A stretch of 64,000 bases of DNA, taken from the NCBI GenBank assembly GCA_002633005.1, contig NMRA01000080.1, forward strand, positions 215,291 to 279,290. The letters are read 5' to 3'. The notes beneath the pieces are model-generated. The model worked only from the letters and a program-made list of their open reading frames with translations. It was not told where the DNA came from and searched no databases. The stretch is from Phoronis australis (lineage: Eukaryota > Animalia > Phoronida). Below are positions 1-13,655 of the stretch, in pieces (the stretch's first letter is position 1; the number at the start of each line of letters is the position of its first letter). The position numbers were made by a program, and so were the translations under genes.

Positions 1-1035
1 ATATCTTATACGAATTTATCAATCTTTGTGAGATAGAGGATCCTTTGTACCAACCTTTGTGGTATAACCCCAAAATTTGTATAGACAGTAATCCAATTTT
101 TGGAACGAGTGGTTTCAAAAGGGTATACGGTACGTATACGATTTAATTGACCCTGATAAGGGATATATTTATGATTATCATACTTTTTGTAAACGTTTTC
201 AATTTTGTCCTTGTATTACTCATTTTTATGGAATTCGAAGTTCAATACTTCGTTCTTGGAATCATCTAAGAGACAAGAGTACTATAGTCACTCCACTTTT
301 TCCAGAACATATTTTTCGAATCTCCTCTGAAAATAAAGGAACTGGGAAAATCTGTGAAGTATTTATTTCTAAATTATATGTAAAACCTGTCGCAAAATTG
401 AAGTGGGAGAGAGAAATTAACTTATGTGATGAAACTCAATCTTGGAAAAAAATTCATTCTGTAATTTATCATTGTACTTCTCATGTCAGACTCAGAAGGT
501 TTCAATTCCGTATCAACCACAGAATTATTGTTACAAATTCTTATTTAAAGAAAATAGGTGTTAGTGAATCGTCTTTATGTTCTTTCTGTGAGCAATATGA
601 AGAAACAATTCTACATTTGTATTGGGAATGTTCACTTGTTCAGAAGTTTTGGGGATGTTTAAGAACATGGATGATAAATCAGTGCAATTTCCCTCTGCAG
701 TTAAATATGTCTTCCGTCTTGTTTGGAGATCCAGCCTGTAGATTAGAAGCTGTAAATTTAATTCTTTGCTTAGCGAAATTCCATTTATATAGACAAATAT
801 TACAAAAGACTAAGCCCAATTTTCAGTCATTTTTACGTGAGGAATGTGATTACTACAACCTGGAAAAAATTATTTACAATGATAAATTGGATCTTGAGAG
901 ATTCCAGGCAAGGTGGTCTTTTTTGCCTAACTAGCTTTTATAGGGTCCGATAATGTTCGTAATTTGTTCGATGTACACTAAACTAGATGTCATATCGTCG
1001 CACAACTATGTACTGGTTGGTTGAGTTAATAAATA
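1..1035 (+). mobile_element. 3' end of a non-LTR retrotransposon (L1/Tx1-like), C-terminal zf-RVT region of ORF2, degenerate
   Basis: ORF 398-934 contains FQFRINHRIIVTN..LKKIG...CSFC...ETILHLYWEC..VQKFW, the CxxC..ET..H...C zinc knuckle at the end of L1/Tx1 ORF2. The upstream part (LWYNPKI-like) is frameshifted. AATAAA at about 1028. Confidence 0.85.
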
Positions 1036-2466
1036 TCATAATATAATGATAAGACCCATCAATCACAAGGCGAATAAATCATCCCAGGAAAGATGGAACA
1101 TTTATTATTAAACCAATCCGGAACACTGAATTGCCGAAGCACAGATAGACAGTGACTAAAAGCCATGACCACACAATACACAACAAACGGTTTATGATAA
1201 GATACAGTAAAGCAATTTAGATCACACGCTTGAGATAAACCAATGACTATACCAACGGGCGGTAACGTTTTGTGTATAATTAAACAACAATCCACTGGCT
1301 TAAGCATAACTATAATAGAATTGCAGCAATTGACTACCAACATAAACCACTTCAAGCGAAACAACTGGCTTTCTTGAACTAAATAACCGATTTTTAACAT
1401 AGCAAAATGTGGCCGAGACGGCAAAAAATAGGTCTACGAAAACAGTTTGGTACAGCATCCTGCAACGCAGTTGTTCATCGCTAGTTCATAAACGTATCTA
1501 CCATGAAGAGCAGTCGATATCACAAACAGAAAAAATAAGTCAAATTAATTAAATTAAGTCAGCTTGGCTGAAGTCCGTAAGACGGAGACGGACGCAACGT
1601 CGCCAACCCAGTAGTGATTAGATTCCAGTATTTTTTTCTGTATTTTTATACCTCAACTGGATGTCTCATCGATATCCTTAATGGAAATTGAACAGCTTCG
1701 TTTTAGAAGCAATGCGTAGTTATGTTCACATTTTGAGTCCACAGAGAGACCCGCATACAGCATTCAATCTCAGAGGGTCTTGGGGACTCGGGTATTTATT
1801 TGGGGGTACCACTAGTCTGCTCACCCTAACCCGTCTTAAGATGTGTGAAAAAGTTGAACATATTCAACGCTCTGTTGGTCACTTACTAAAAATCCTATGC
1901 AGCGTCATCTTTAAAAAGTATTGTTGAACTGGTTCATGTTTCAGGGTGGATCTCTCAGTTTCCGTTATTTTAACACTACGAGTTCAGCGCCCTTACATTA
2001 TAAAACCAAGGACCACTGACGTCATTATTCTTGAAGGAAAGATCGACTGTGGGTTTAACTCGATTTATTACAGAATGACGTTTGCGATTTCGCGGGCTTG
2101 TGGAACATTGAACTTGAGATGCCATAAGCAAGTTTGTGCAGATAAGAGAAAAGCTACTTACAATAACTTACAGACACAGCACGTTTCAGTTCAAGTTATT
2201 TACAACATCTGCGACTGACCTTTAGCACAAATGTAATGTGTACCATAGTTACAAAAGAACGCTGAGCAATTTTCCTTGACGGCAGTGACGTAAAAACCGA
2301 ATTCTGCAAATTCATACTTAATTTATTTGGTTCACACCATAACCACGCAGTTCTCAATGTGTAGAACTTCTTACCAACACAAAGATGATATTCGCCTCAC
2401 TTTGTAACATACAGAAATAACACACACGCATGTCTACAGTATCTTTCTCTATCATCAAACTATGAT

Positions 2467-2613
2467 CAGTGCTGTAGTGGGGCATAGGCGCACGTAGGCG
2501 CAGCCAACCACCTTTTAGCATTTGAACGTAGCGCCTAAGTTGCGTTCAGTGCCGAAGGTGATACAGTGGGCTTTTGGGGCCCACTTACCTCTGAATTTAC
2601 CACTACAGCACTG
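2467..2613. mobile_element. 147-bp hAT-type MITE with perfect 8-bp target-site duplication
   Basis: TIRs CAGTGCTGTAGTGG / CCACTACAGCACTG; flanking direct repeat ACTATGAT at 2459-2466 and 2614-2621. Confidence 0.85.
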
Positions 2614-3594
2614 ACTATGATTAGAGCAAAGTAATTTAGACATAGCTCATACGGCAAGCAACAAACAGGGTTTGATTACTAAGTCAAGTTTAAATGAGGA
2701 ATATATTATGAGCTAAAAAGCATCTTTAATTCACAACTAAAAGTGAAATGAAATGACATTTCACAGACGATGCGAGTTCAATTGACTGGGGACCCTCAAC
2801 TCATAGGTCGACAGTCTGTCCATAGAGTGGTAGATGATTATTGTGACCGGAAGGCTGCTTTATTGTGTGTGTACTTATTTGGGCATGATTAAATGTTACT
2901 TAGGTGCCAGTTGTAACTATTTGTTTCCAGAAATTAAAAATCACAACATTACACAATATCACCAAAGCTAACAAGATCAGCGTACACATTTTACATAGAA
3001 TACAACAATATTTCAACTAATGTTTACACATGAAGTGTGCTCCTGAACTGCTAATAATTAAACCAAGTCTGGCATAAATACGGAAAATCTAGTGGTTAAC
3101 TTATAAAAACAATATCTATACATCTAAGAATATACAGTGTGGTGAAAGAGAATTATAATAATAGTTTTTACAATGAAAGTTAACATGCACTGCCTGTTTG
3201 AAGATTCTAGTTTTTCTTACCAACCTCCTTGTACAATATTTTATCATTTGCACAATTCAGCATTAGGGTGCCTCTTGCACATACCGATGTGTCAATGGTT
3301 TGTATCCAACATATCTCAGCCGCAAATTCTGTAACAGTCAAGCTGTACACTCTACAGTTCTGTCCTTGCTGGTAATATTTATATCCAGCACTACTCTTTC
3401 ATGGTGTGTAACAGACTACAAGAACAGGTAAAATAATGTTTACTAGGTACTCCAGTCTGTTACACCCCATAAAAAGAGATCAGTGCTCGAAATAAGGGCT
3501 TTTAACACATTTTACATGGATGTACATTTTATTATATTTCACTCTTCTAATTAAATCTTATCATCAGTAACTATGGCCTAACAATGTAATCAGT

Positions 3595-4218
3595 TAACAA
3601 GAGCAATGCGGAGCCTTGAAATGCACCCACCACTGCACTACTAAGCTTCTAGGGGTGTTTATCTGTATCATAAATTTATTAAATATCCTGCAAAGGCTTT
3701 GGGAGATACAGCCACATAGCATAACAGGGGGCACTGCGTTCGTTAGATCCGTCTGAATGAAAGTCGCCATTGTCATCTGTTGTCCATTTCATATAAATAC
3801 ACTTGCTAAAGTTAATAAAAATCCTGCAGAGGGTTTAGGAGATCATGCTTAGAGTGGTTTGGTCGACAGAGGGGCGGACACCAAAAAAGTACAAATGGCC
3901 ACTAGGTGGCGCAAAATGCCTCGAATCCATCCGAAAACGAATAAACATCACCTCACTAATAGATGCCTATTTGTCAAATTTTATGAAAATCCGTTGAGGA
4001 CCTCCAAAGATGCAGAGGTCATCGTGAAAAACTAAAATTGCCACTAGGGGACACACCAATAGTCGGATAAGAAAGACATTTGTCATCAGCTTCATAGGAA
4101 CATATCTGCCAAATCTCATGAAGATGTTGTGAGGGGTTTAGGAGATACAACTGCGGACGCTGGATACCAGACAACGGACAGAGATGACAGCAACATGCAC
4201 CCACACATAAATAAAAAC
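3595..4218 (+). mobile_element. Helentron-associated (HINE/DINE-like) non-autonomous repeat, copy A
   Basis: Starts AACAAGAG, then ATGCACCCAC (sub-terminal motif), internal tandem modules (CCACTAGG.., TGCCAAAT(T/C)TCATGAA, AGGGTTTAGGAGAT) and a GGAC/AGAC-rich tail. Clearly homologous to 8161-9357, 12613-12788 and 19828-20055. Confidence 0.65.
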
Positions 4219-4567
4219 TAAATACATTAAATCTATTACTATGCTGAGGCCAGTTTCCATACCATTTTTAATATCTTACCCGTAGTTCTTACTATAATGA
4301 TGCCAGTTTCCATACCATATTTTCCAGTCCTGTGGAGACCTTGGGAGGACACAATTCTAGACCAAGTTATCTCTTTGAATCACAGACCTGTGGCTGAGCT
4401 ACGAAGATTTCGGTGAGCGACCCCCAACAACTTGGTCATGAGACTTATGAATTTGACCTCAGAGCCAGCTCTTCCACAGAGCCAGCTCCTCCACAGAGAC
4501 AGTTGGTTTATGTTATGAATGGTATACCAAGTCTTTCAACCAAAGGCTCGTGATATAGACTGTCCTC

Positions 4568-7500
4568 TCATGGTAAAAATGCACGCACTCTTCTAGTGAT
4601 GGCCAGCCTACATATGGGACAGGTGTTCACCTTGCCTGAACAGGAGATACATGTGCACATGTGTCCACAAGGGACAAAGACTATGGCCACTTTTTCATCC
4701 ATACATATCTTACAGATTTGCTGTTCCTTTAATTGCTCAATCTCTTCTTCAAGAGCCCTTGTGCTATCTGCAACATACAAATTTAACGCTACGTGATACG
4801 CTTACTGTAAGCCGAGGACACTGTGAACATCACAATAAAATTACAATGGGGTAAGATTTCTGACAAATATTACTGATATTTTTCATTTTGAAAGGCTAAA
4901 AACATTTAACATTGTATTGGCCCACCAAAATGTTTTGTTACTCCCATTCAAGTTACACTCAATTTCATTACAAAATATAAAGGGACAATTTACAATCATC
5001 GCCATTTTCACCAGAGTATACGGACCATTAACGCTACCTCTCCGCCCTTCACTCAAAAATGAATAAAAAATGTTAATATCTAACAGGCCAGTATTTAAGT
5101 ACTGTATACGTGCAGCAGTGTCGGTGCTTGTGTGCACACTGATGTGGTGAAATTAATCATTTTCAAACAATTCTCTTCGAAGTGACACAGCGAGATGATA
5201 AGAATTGGATTCTATCTGTTCACATTTTTGTGACGTCAAAAAGTACACGAGCACCTTGCATAACTTTCTAAATTGTAGGTTGTAACCAGAGAGGCCATTT
5301 AATTATAGAAAATAATTCTTTAAAACGAGTCTCCGTGCCAACAAATGTGGCCGCTGGCAGACATACTTCTTTGTGGGTGTGCAAATTGTTGGATTTTCAT
5401 CCAAGTTAGTGGCTCATCTATTCTTGACAACACATAGCAAAAATCAACTGGCTCATAGTTTTGCTGAAAACATGAACATGATATTTATTAAAGTTGTTTT
5501 TCATGAGAGATACACAATGCAGGTAACATAGTTCTTTATAATAGATCTTTTGGTTGGGTTTGAAAAAGCACAATCCTGATTGGACAAGAATTTGCCATCC
5601 ATATTGCAAGCAAGCGATAAGATTTTTCAAACATGTTTTAATTCTTAGAAAATTCAATGACTTTAGATGTTCAAAAACAAGGGCTTGACGAATGTTTTGT
5701 GACAAGTATGGAGTTTTCACATCAGCCTACACCGAAAGTTTGGACTTTCACCAGTTTGTGTGACCTCAACCATCTCAAGCATATCCTTTGGGTCCCAATG
5801 TTCATGTTTTTGTTCCATTTCAGAGCCAATCCAGGCTGGAAGTGACCTTCATTCAGCCACTGCAAGTGGACTTCGCTTCAACTTTAGGTTTTGGCAAAGC
5901 CCTGAAGTCAGTGCATATGTTAAAAATCTTGAAGTTCAGAGGCATTTGTAAGTTTGCGCACAGTCAATGTCTTCAGGGAGAGTCAGGGGTGCAGCCCACC
6001 TCCAAAACATGTCACGAAAGCTCTCCCCATGCAAAAAAGAAACGCGCAACCTGAATATCAGCCAAACTCAAAGGCAATTTTTAGAGCAAGTGACCGAAAA
6101 ACAACAGCTCATAGAAACTGGGTCACACAGAAACTGGGTCACATACTCCAGTCACACTAAAATGCATCTGTTGTAAGAATGCACGGGTGTCATAGTTCAG
6201 GTTCCATGTTAAGGGCATTTTTGACTGTGGATAGGCATTTTTAAAGAGTGGCAACAACATGTTTCAACACCGAGGAAAGCAGTTTCACAATAAGCAATAC
6301 TTGCACCTGCTTCTGAGCAAAGGTACTACAATTTTGCATGAGCAATATTTCGGAGTGACTTTCGGGTTCTACCTGCGATTTTACAACTTGAAATCTTGAC
6401 CAAAGCTTTGAAAATGTGGGCCAGGGCAATTTTTTACCTTAGAGCCTTGCTGTTATTCTTTGAATCTGAAGTCGAATTTTTACTATGCATAAATGGTTCT
6501 AAACATGTCATTCAGTTATATTTAAACACAAGTTTTGCAAGTTCAAAAATAGCAAATATGTACATGTAAAGAAAAACAACAAAATTAACCTTTGTGTGCA
6601 ACTTCTGGTGTTCTCTGATCTGATGCTGTTGATGACGATGGAGTGGGTTCCCTGCTTTCAGAAACCTTTACTTGCGCCATGCTTTCATAATCAAATACGG
6701 CCTCCATCAAGTCAGCCGATCCGGTGAAGTCTTTCCCCTTCTTTAAATTGAACTCTATCACTTCTTTAACAAGCGACCACTCATAGCCCATGTCAAGAAC
6801 GACTTTAACAATGTTTGAGTCTTTCTTGGCTGAAGCCAGAGCAGAAAAGTCTTGAGACTGGTTAGCAGCACTGGTAGACGGCTGAGGCTGCTGGAACAAA
6901 CAGTTTAGAAAAGCTGTCAGTCAGCATACTTGCCAACACTGTCAAATGAAAAACCGAAGAATTGCAGTCACTTTGATAATCCCAATGAAAACACAGGACA
7001 CCAGAAAATGAGGCAAGTAAAAATAACGCGCCTTTGCAGGGCACGAAAACGATTCCATACCCGTGTCTCATAATTACAGCTACAATCCCCTGAGCCCCAC
7101 TCCCACTACAGCAAACACCAAACATACGAATTCCAGACACGTGCCCCTCAACATCTTACACATGCTGAGAGGTTCAAACTCCAAGCCCAAACCTCAGAGT
7201 GCGCGTGAGGAATATGTGCCGGGTTGCATGAAACAGTCCCAAGTTAAAACTGGGTTTTATAAGTTCCCTCTAGTAAATCTTCTGTGCATATGTACCTTTG
7301 TTCACGCACAAATATGTTTTTCTATCTCTATTTAAATCTTTACAATGAGCTCCATGTTATTCTCCACTGATAGAATCAGAAAGAGCCTTCGTTTTAAATA
7401 AAGCATGCTGCATTTCACCTGTTTAGCTGGGTAAACAATGTCATGAAAATTAGATTAGACCTTTTTACACCAATAAAATTAGTCTCATACTTATATTTGG

Positions 7501-10500
7501 TACCATGATGGGGGATTCTATTTCAGTCACCAACAAGAGCAATGAAACCTTAAGTGACTCAAGAAAATCGAAAATCTCTTCAATTTGGAATTCAACATTC
7601 ACAATTCGACAAGGACAAAATGCAGCTCTAAATTAAAATAAAATAACCGCTTAGTCTTTAACTTACATGAATAAAGTTGTGAGAATTCTGTACAGAGTTT
7701 ACTCTGGGTGTGTATCGAAGGTAAAAACTGACTAATAAAATAGCATTAGGAGGATTAATTGGTGTTTGCGCAAAAACATAAATGTTGTGAAAAGTAAGCC
7801 TGAGATGAACTGAGCTAAGTCCGTATTAGGGACTGTTTCAAGCAGTCTGTCACTGGTCCCCAGGACTGGAGTTTGGTCACCAGGCATGGCGCACTTTTGG
7901 TACATGTGAGGAGTTTATGGGCAAGGATCACAATGCTGTCAGCTTACCTGTGAAGTTGTCTTGCCCGTGGCTCTGTCAATAAAATGCTGTCCCTTCTGCT
8001 GTAGAACAAACCCACAGGAAGAAGAATGACGACCATGCTCAGTCCAGGGGTCATCTTCAACCAGCCAATCACGAAGACCAATATCACAGTAGAAGCAACG
8101 GACCTGATCTCCCTTACCTAAACATAAAAGAAACAGCAAAATTCTTTAACACCATCAACTTTAACAATGTGGAGCATTGAAATGCGCCCACGAATGCACT
8201 AAAAACGGTGTGCTTCTAGGGCTGATTATATGCATCATAAAAAGCTCTTTACCACATTTCATGAAAATCTGTCAAGGAACCCCAGAAAAACAGAAGAAAA
8301 TGGAAAAAAAATGAAATCACTAGGGAGCACAGCATTCATCACATCCGTCTGAAAGTTGTTGGCTTTCGTTGTCAACTTCATATAAATACACTTTCTAATT
8401 TAAAAATAAAAGATCCTCCAGATGGCAAAGGAGATACAGCTATGGGCACAAAAAAAATGACACTAGGAAGTGCCACAGTAATCAAAGTCGGAAAATCATT
8501 GCCAACTGTCCTCTTCACATTATGAACACATAAGCCGATTTTCACAATCTTCCTAAGAGTTGTTTGGTTGACAGAGGGCGGAAGCCAAAAACAGACTACA
8601 AAACAGCAAAAATGGCCACTAGACGGCGCAAAATACATTGAATTCGTCCGAAAACAGGAAAATGTCATCGCTTTTTTTACACAAAACTATTTACCAAATT
8701 TCACGAAAAATCCATCCAGGAACTTTAGAGAAACAGAAAACAAATTGAAAAAAAAATTAACCTGCCACTAGACGGGCATTGTTCGTCTGAAAGTCATTGT
8801 CCTCCGTTGTCAACTTCATATAAATACATGTGCTAAATTTAATAAATGTCCTGCAGAGTGCACAGGAGATATAGTTATGGGCGAAAAAAAAACACTAGGA
8901 GGCACCACAGTAGTCGAAGTCGTTGCAAACTCATCGTCAACTGTCCTCTTCATAGTATTAACATACATGCCAATTTTCAAAATCATCCTTAGAGTGATTT
9001 GGTTGACAGAGAAGCGGACATCAAAAAACAGACTCGAATATAGTAAACACGGCCAGAAGATGGCGCAAAATGCCTCCAATCCATCAGAAAACAGAAGGAT
9101 TGCATTATCTCATTAATAGATGCCTATGTGCCAAATTTCATGAAAATCGGTTGAGGACCTTTGAAGATGCAGAGGCCTTAAACGTAAAAAACTAAAATTT
9201 CCACTAGGGGATACAGCAGTATTCAGGTCGGTCCGAAACTCATCGCCCTCTGTCGTCAACCCCATGGTAACACACCTGCCCAATTTCAATACGATCCTAC
9301 AAAGGGTTCAGGAGATACAGCCACGGACGCCCTGACAGAGATGTGGGCGCATAAAAATACAGTAGAATCTCACCAATTCAAGACACAATTTGGTTGACAG
9401 CCGATATATTTATTTTAATATCTACCATCACACAGAATTTTGACAACTCCAGGGCACTTGCAACCATGTAAGAAGGCTTTGAAAAATGAGAAGTTCAGGA
9501 CAATTCTGTCAATTAATTTTGTCCGAAATTGGTAAGATTTTGCAGTAAGTACCATTTTATATAACACCTGTCCGGCCTAAAGGCTGGTATAAACCCACTT
9601 TATGTCGAAAGCATTCTCATTTAGACCACTTAGCCAGGTATGCAAGACTTCGTAAGAAATTGTCATGCACCACAAGTGAAACACGTGATCACAGCAGCTT
9701 TGCTCGTAGGATTCTTATGCCTACAGAACACAACCCTGGTCCCCATTCAGAGCTTGAAGCTTAGCTCAACAATCCCAGATCGCCAAAGGAAATCTGAGCT
9801 TGTCAAAAGTTACGTCGCAATAGTCGACCAAAAGAATATGTTGCGCTGCATGGTACTGCAGTTAGCCAATTTTAAAAGAGGCATTAAATTAAATGCTGAT
9901 TCAATCACCTAGAAGCTCAGCAGAAAAAGACAACTTTAATAAAAGGTTCTTGTTTTGCGAAAAATATGCAAAATGAGACAGCGTATAATCATTTGGAACT
10001 ATTTCATACACGTCATCCAAGACACTGAAAAGCACAAGAGCTTAACTACAGTCAATGAAGGTATAACAAAAATTCTTAATAAAGTAGGTCACAGGTCGCT
10101 ACCTCTAAAAATGCCCAGCATCGGCTTTGTCAACTAAAACCAGCATAGCGAATCAGAGCAAAAATAATATGATGATTCCAGTAGAACAGCAACTTGACAA
10201 GGATTCTTTTAGGACTCTTATTATTTAAATTCCAGAGCACCCATGGAAATTTTTTGCTTCATCAGTTTTCCAAACACTACAAACATGGGACACTAACACA
10301 AAAACAATAGGTTCATTAAATAAACGTTTTGTTTTATTTACATTCTATGATGTGGTCCAACTGTCTAATTTTAAAATACTGAATTCTCTTAAGAATAACT
10401 AGATAACACCATAAAGTATACCTTCTCAGCAAATACTTTTGAAAGTGAAAAAGTCCCATGCATCTATGGAACTTCATTTTATGGCTGTCTTTGTAATCGA

Positions 10501-13440
10501 TATTTAATCGTTTTAGGTTCTTAGATGCGAGACAAATTTCATCTGCAAATTTGGAAAGTAAAAATCAGATCTAAGGTTATTTTCATTGGCTGAAAAATTG
10601 TAATTTCATGGGTGTGACGGACGGACGTGACGGACGTACAAATTTTCCATAGGTCTACAGGCACAGGCACATGATTTCTGACTTATCTAATTACTCTCGG
10701 GATTTAAAATTTTGTTCAATAGTATTGAGAATCTGAAATAATTTTCATTCTTATTGAAAACTTTTGACATGACAAAACTTTCTAACACTTCTTTGTGACG
10801 GACGTACGGCACCATGATATGCAGGAGGTCGACGATGAGCTACTGGTCACAAGATAGTTTTTAGAAAGTTTAAGTTTCATGTGATTGCACAAATTTGATA
10901 ATGAAGCAAAATACCCATAATTACCTTATTTATGACAAAAATTAGAAACACGTAAAAATTGGAATAATTTTTTAGGGTCAAGTGACTTCCAAAATGGGTT
11001 TGTTTAGGAAAAAATCGAAAGCAAGGGAATTCAAATATGAGCCCTGAAACTCGAGACTGAGCTTTCAGATGACACCAGAAACGTTAATCTAGTCAGTTTT
11101 AATTTTTTGTTTCAAGGTTGACCACAAAATGACTCACCTTGAAACTGGTCTAAAGCAATAGCAAGCAATCAGGTCTAACCAAGCCCATAAATTGCTACAG
11201 ATGAGTAAGAATCAAGTTCCAAAACAATAAATGCCCCACATTTAAAGTTATTTTTAATACATGCCGATTGGTTGAAGCAGCTATTAATAATTATTTCCTT
11301 TTTCAAAGTCTGAAATAGCAATTACAATGACCAAACACAGGAAAACAAACTGTTACCGTAATTCCACAATTATTTCGCACAAACATACGGTAAAGTCGCG
11401 TGATTTTCGGACACTGAAAATTAATTCCAATAGAAAAAATTCATTCTTGGACGAATCTCGCGAAATATCATTTTGTGGTGTCCGAATTTGGCGGACCTCC
11501 AAATTTGGGTTTCCGCTAGTGTCCGAAATTCGTGGGTGTACATTATTTCGATGAGCGGTCGTAGTATCAACAATGCTGGCTTGGTCATTTGATAGCAGTA
11601 TAATTGCAGGTAAAGGAGATTCAAATAATCTGAGGGATTAATTTTTGAAAATCTGGCTTTCCCAATAAGAAATGTGCGTCGTCGACGCACAAAGACCGTT
11701 CCCAACAAGTGTTGGTTCTTCTCTTCAAAGATGTGCTTTCTCAATATGAAATATTCGGCTTGCATTGCCGATGCTCAAAAACCGTTCTCNNNNNNNNNNN
11801 NNNNNNNNNNNNNNNNNNNNNNNNNNNNNNNNNNNNNNNNNNNNNNNNNNNNNNNNNNNNNNNNNNNNNNNNNNNNNNNNNNNNNNNNNNNNNNNNNNNN
11901 NNNNNNNNNNNNNNNNNNNNNNNNNNNNNNNNNNNNNNNNNNNNNNNNNNNNNNNNNNNNNNNNNNNNNNNNNNNNNNNNNNNNNNNNNNNNNNNNNNNN
12001 NNNNNNNNNNNNNNNNNNNNNNNNNNNNNNNNNNNNNNNNNNNNNNNNNNNNNNNNNNNNNNNNNNNNNNNNNNNNNNNNNNNNNNNNNNNNNNNNNNNN
12101 NNNNNNNNNNNNNNNNNNNNNNNNNNNNNNNNNNNNNNNNNNNNNNNNNNNNNNNNNNNNNNNNNNNNNNNNNNNNNNNNNNNNNNNNNNNNNNNNNNNN
12201 NNNNNNNNNNNNNNNNNNNNNNNNNNNNNAAAAAAAAAAAACGTTACCACCATCAGTAGCATGCATCTGCGTCCTTTCAGCTCGCCCGTCCACTCCCAAC
12301 CCACACATTTTTGGCTGCAGAGCGGTAGTATTTGTCGCCGCGCTTAACAATAACACGAGACGCCATTGAAAATCTCCCACCACGCTGTCCCAGATGCCCC
12401 GGCAATGTTGACAATTTACGTTCCTCCGAGACATAAAGAGCAACTTCCGCTTTTCGAGGTGAACGTCGTCTGCAACGCCGCGGTAAGAAAGGAATTTGCT
12501 GCGGAAATTTTATATCAAATCCGATTTTTTACGCGGAAATATTATAAAAAAAGCGGAAAGCACATTTGAAAAAAGCGGAAATCCGCGTTTCCGCGGAAAA
12601 TTCCAAGCCCTGCACTAGGTGGCACACCGATAGTCGGATCCGTCCGAAAGTTCGCACATGCCGTCCCATTCATGAATGGAACATATGTGCCAAATTTCAT
12701 GAACGTATGTCAAACAGTTTTGGAGATAAAGCAGTGGATGCCGGACGCCGGACGGATGCCACATATAAATATGTGGGCGCATAAAAATACTGTAAATTAA
12801 AAACTAAAGGTGCTTTAAACAGAATGTGAATGCAGATGGCTCACATGTTATCAGAACCTGAGCAGTCCAGCAGTGCATTCGTGTAGGGAAATGCACAACT
12901 AAAAGAATAAGCTTACTTACCTGCATAGAACAAACCACACTCGGCCAGTCTTTCAGGACTCTGGTTGTTACTTGGGGGCCATTGGGCATAAGTGGCTAGA
13001 CGAGCCTGGACACTTGCGTACTGTGTGTGTCTGGGCCCACTTCGGCTAGCAGATGGTGCACTCGGTATTCTAGAAGGATCCAGTCGAACATTGCCACAAA
13101 AATCGGGCTGTAGCACAAACTCGCACTGGGGAGAGTGTCGCTTGTGCTCACTCATTCCCTGATCTCCCCTCGACCAGTCGCGCAGAATGAGCTGACACCA
13201 AGGACAAAATACACGATCCTCATCTCCAAGGTAATAAAACCCTGAGTTTGCTATTTCCTCAGCTTCTATTTGGTGCTGTTTTGGCCATATACAAGTCCCA
13301 TTGGAATAGAAACTTTTGAGACGTTCCCTTTCAGACTTATACTTGTTGGTATCACCAATTGTTGGTTGTGCAGGAATTCCTTGTCTGGGCGGAAAGAAAA
13401 CATTGTGCTGCACTGGCGGCTCAGGGAACCATATCGACAT
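4568..13440 (-). CDS. Inhibitor of apoptosis protein (IAP/BIRC family), BIR-BIR-UBA-RING, about 396 aa
   Basis: Coding exons 13440-12921 (ATG in gccATG context; BIR1 RLKSF..GFYY..DRVFCPWC..W..GD..EH..C and start of BIR2), 8117-7948 (DQVRCFYC..LRDW..DDPWTEH..C), 6890-6590 (UBA with MGY motif), 4767-4568 (RING CKICMD..VFVPCGH..C..C..CPICR). All introns are GT-AG with matching phases 1,0,1; total 1191 nt. Small additional exons cannot be excluded. Confidence 0.93.
7216..7853. mobile_element. MITE, GTGCC(G/T)GGTTGCATGAAACA TIR family, in IAP intron
   Basis: Left TIR gtgccgggttgcatgaaacagtccc, right gggactgtttcaagcagtctgtcac; second family copy at 42725-43160. Confidence 0.65.
8161..9357 (+). mobile_element. 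HINE/DINE-like repeat, copy B (long, many internal tandem modules)
   Basis: Sub-terminal inverted motif ATGCGCCCAC (about 8182) / GTGGGCGCAT (about 9342) followed by AAAAA; repeated modules shared with copy A. Confidence 0.7.
9358..9547. mobile_element. Tc1/mariner-like MITE (TACAGTAGAATCTCACCAATT TIR family)
   Basis: Imperfect TIRs tacagtagaatctcaccaatt / aattggtaagattttgcagta with TA ends; related fragments near 26990-27072, 27700-27897 and 54500-54630. Confidence 0.55.
11790..12229. other. Assembly gap (440 N)
   Basis: Run of N; its right flank is a partial copy of the 14556-15066 element. Confidence 1.
12230..12612 (+). mobile_element. Partial copy of the CAGGGCTTGGAAT-TIR element (left end in gap), adjoining a HINE
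   Basis: Near-identical to 14683-15066; ends ATTCCAAGCCCTG. Confidence 0.8.
12613..12788 (+). mobile_element. HINE/DINE-like repeat 3' part, copy C
   Basis: CACTAGGTGGCAC module, GGAC repeats, terminal stem-loop CCACATAT-AA-ATATGTGG, then GTGGGCGCATAAAAA. Confidence 0.65.
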
Positions 13441-13614
13441 GGCAAACAACTTATTTGTGCACCTCAATTTAAAAAAATTACAGTATTTCCAACTCAGAAA
13501 CAATATATTGCATGAGCTGTCCTATGCAACCAATGCATTCATAGTATCATCACTGGCAATGTAAGTTTTTAGTTTCAGTGTCTGTAGTGAACAGCAATTC
13601 TCATCAAGAGACAC
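13441..13614 (-). other. 5' UTR part of the first coding exon of the IAP gene
   Basis: Strong minus-strand acceptor tttatttccttttcag|G at 13615/13614, 174 nt upstream of the ATG. Confidence 0.6.
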
Positions 13615-13655
13615 CTGAAAAGGAAATAAAATGCAGTTCGTGAATTATGAATTAT

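Noticed and set aside
11674-12443. Long ORFs in the ORF track
   Set aside because: Artefacts of translating through the N gap.
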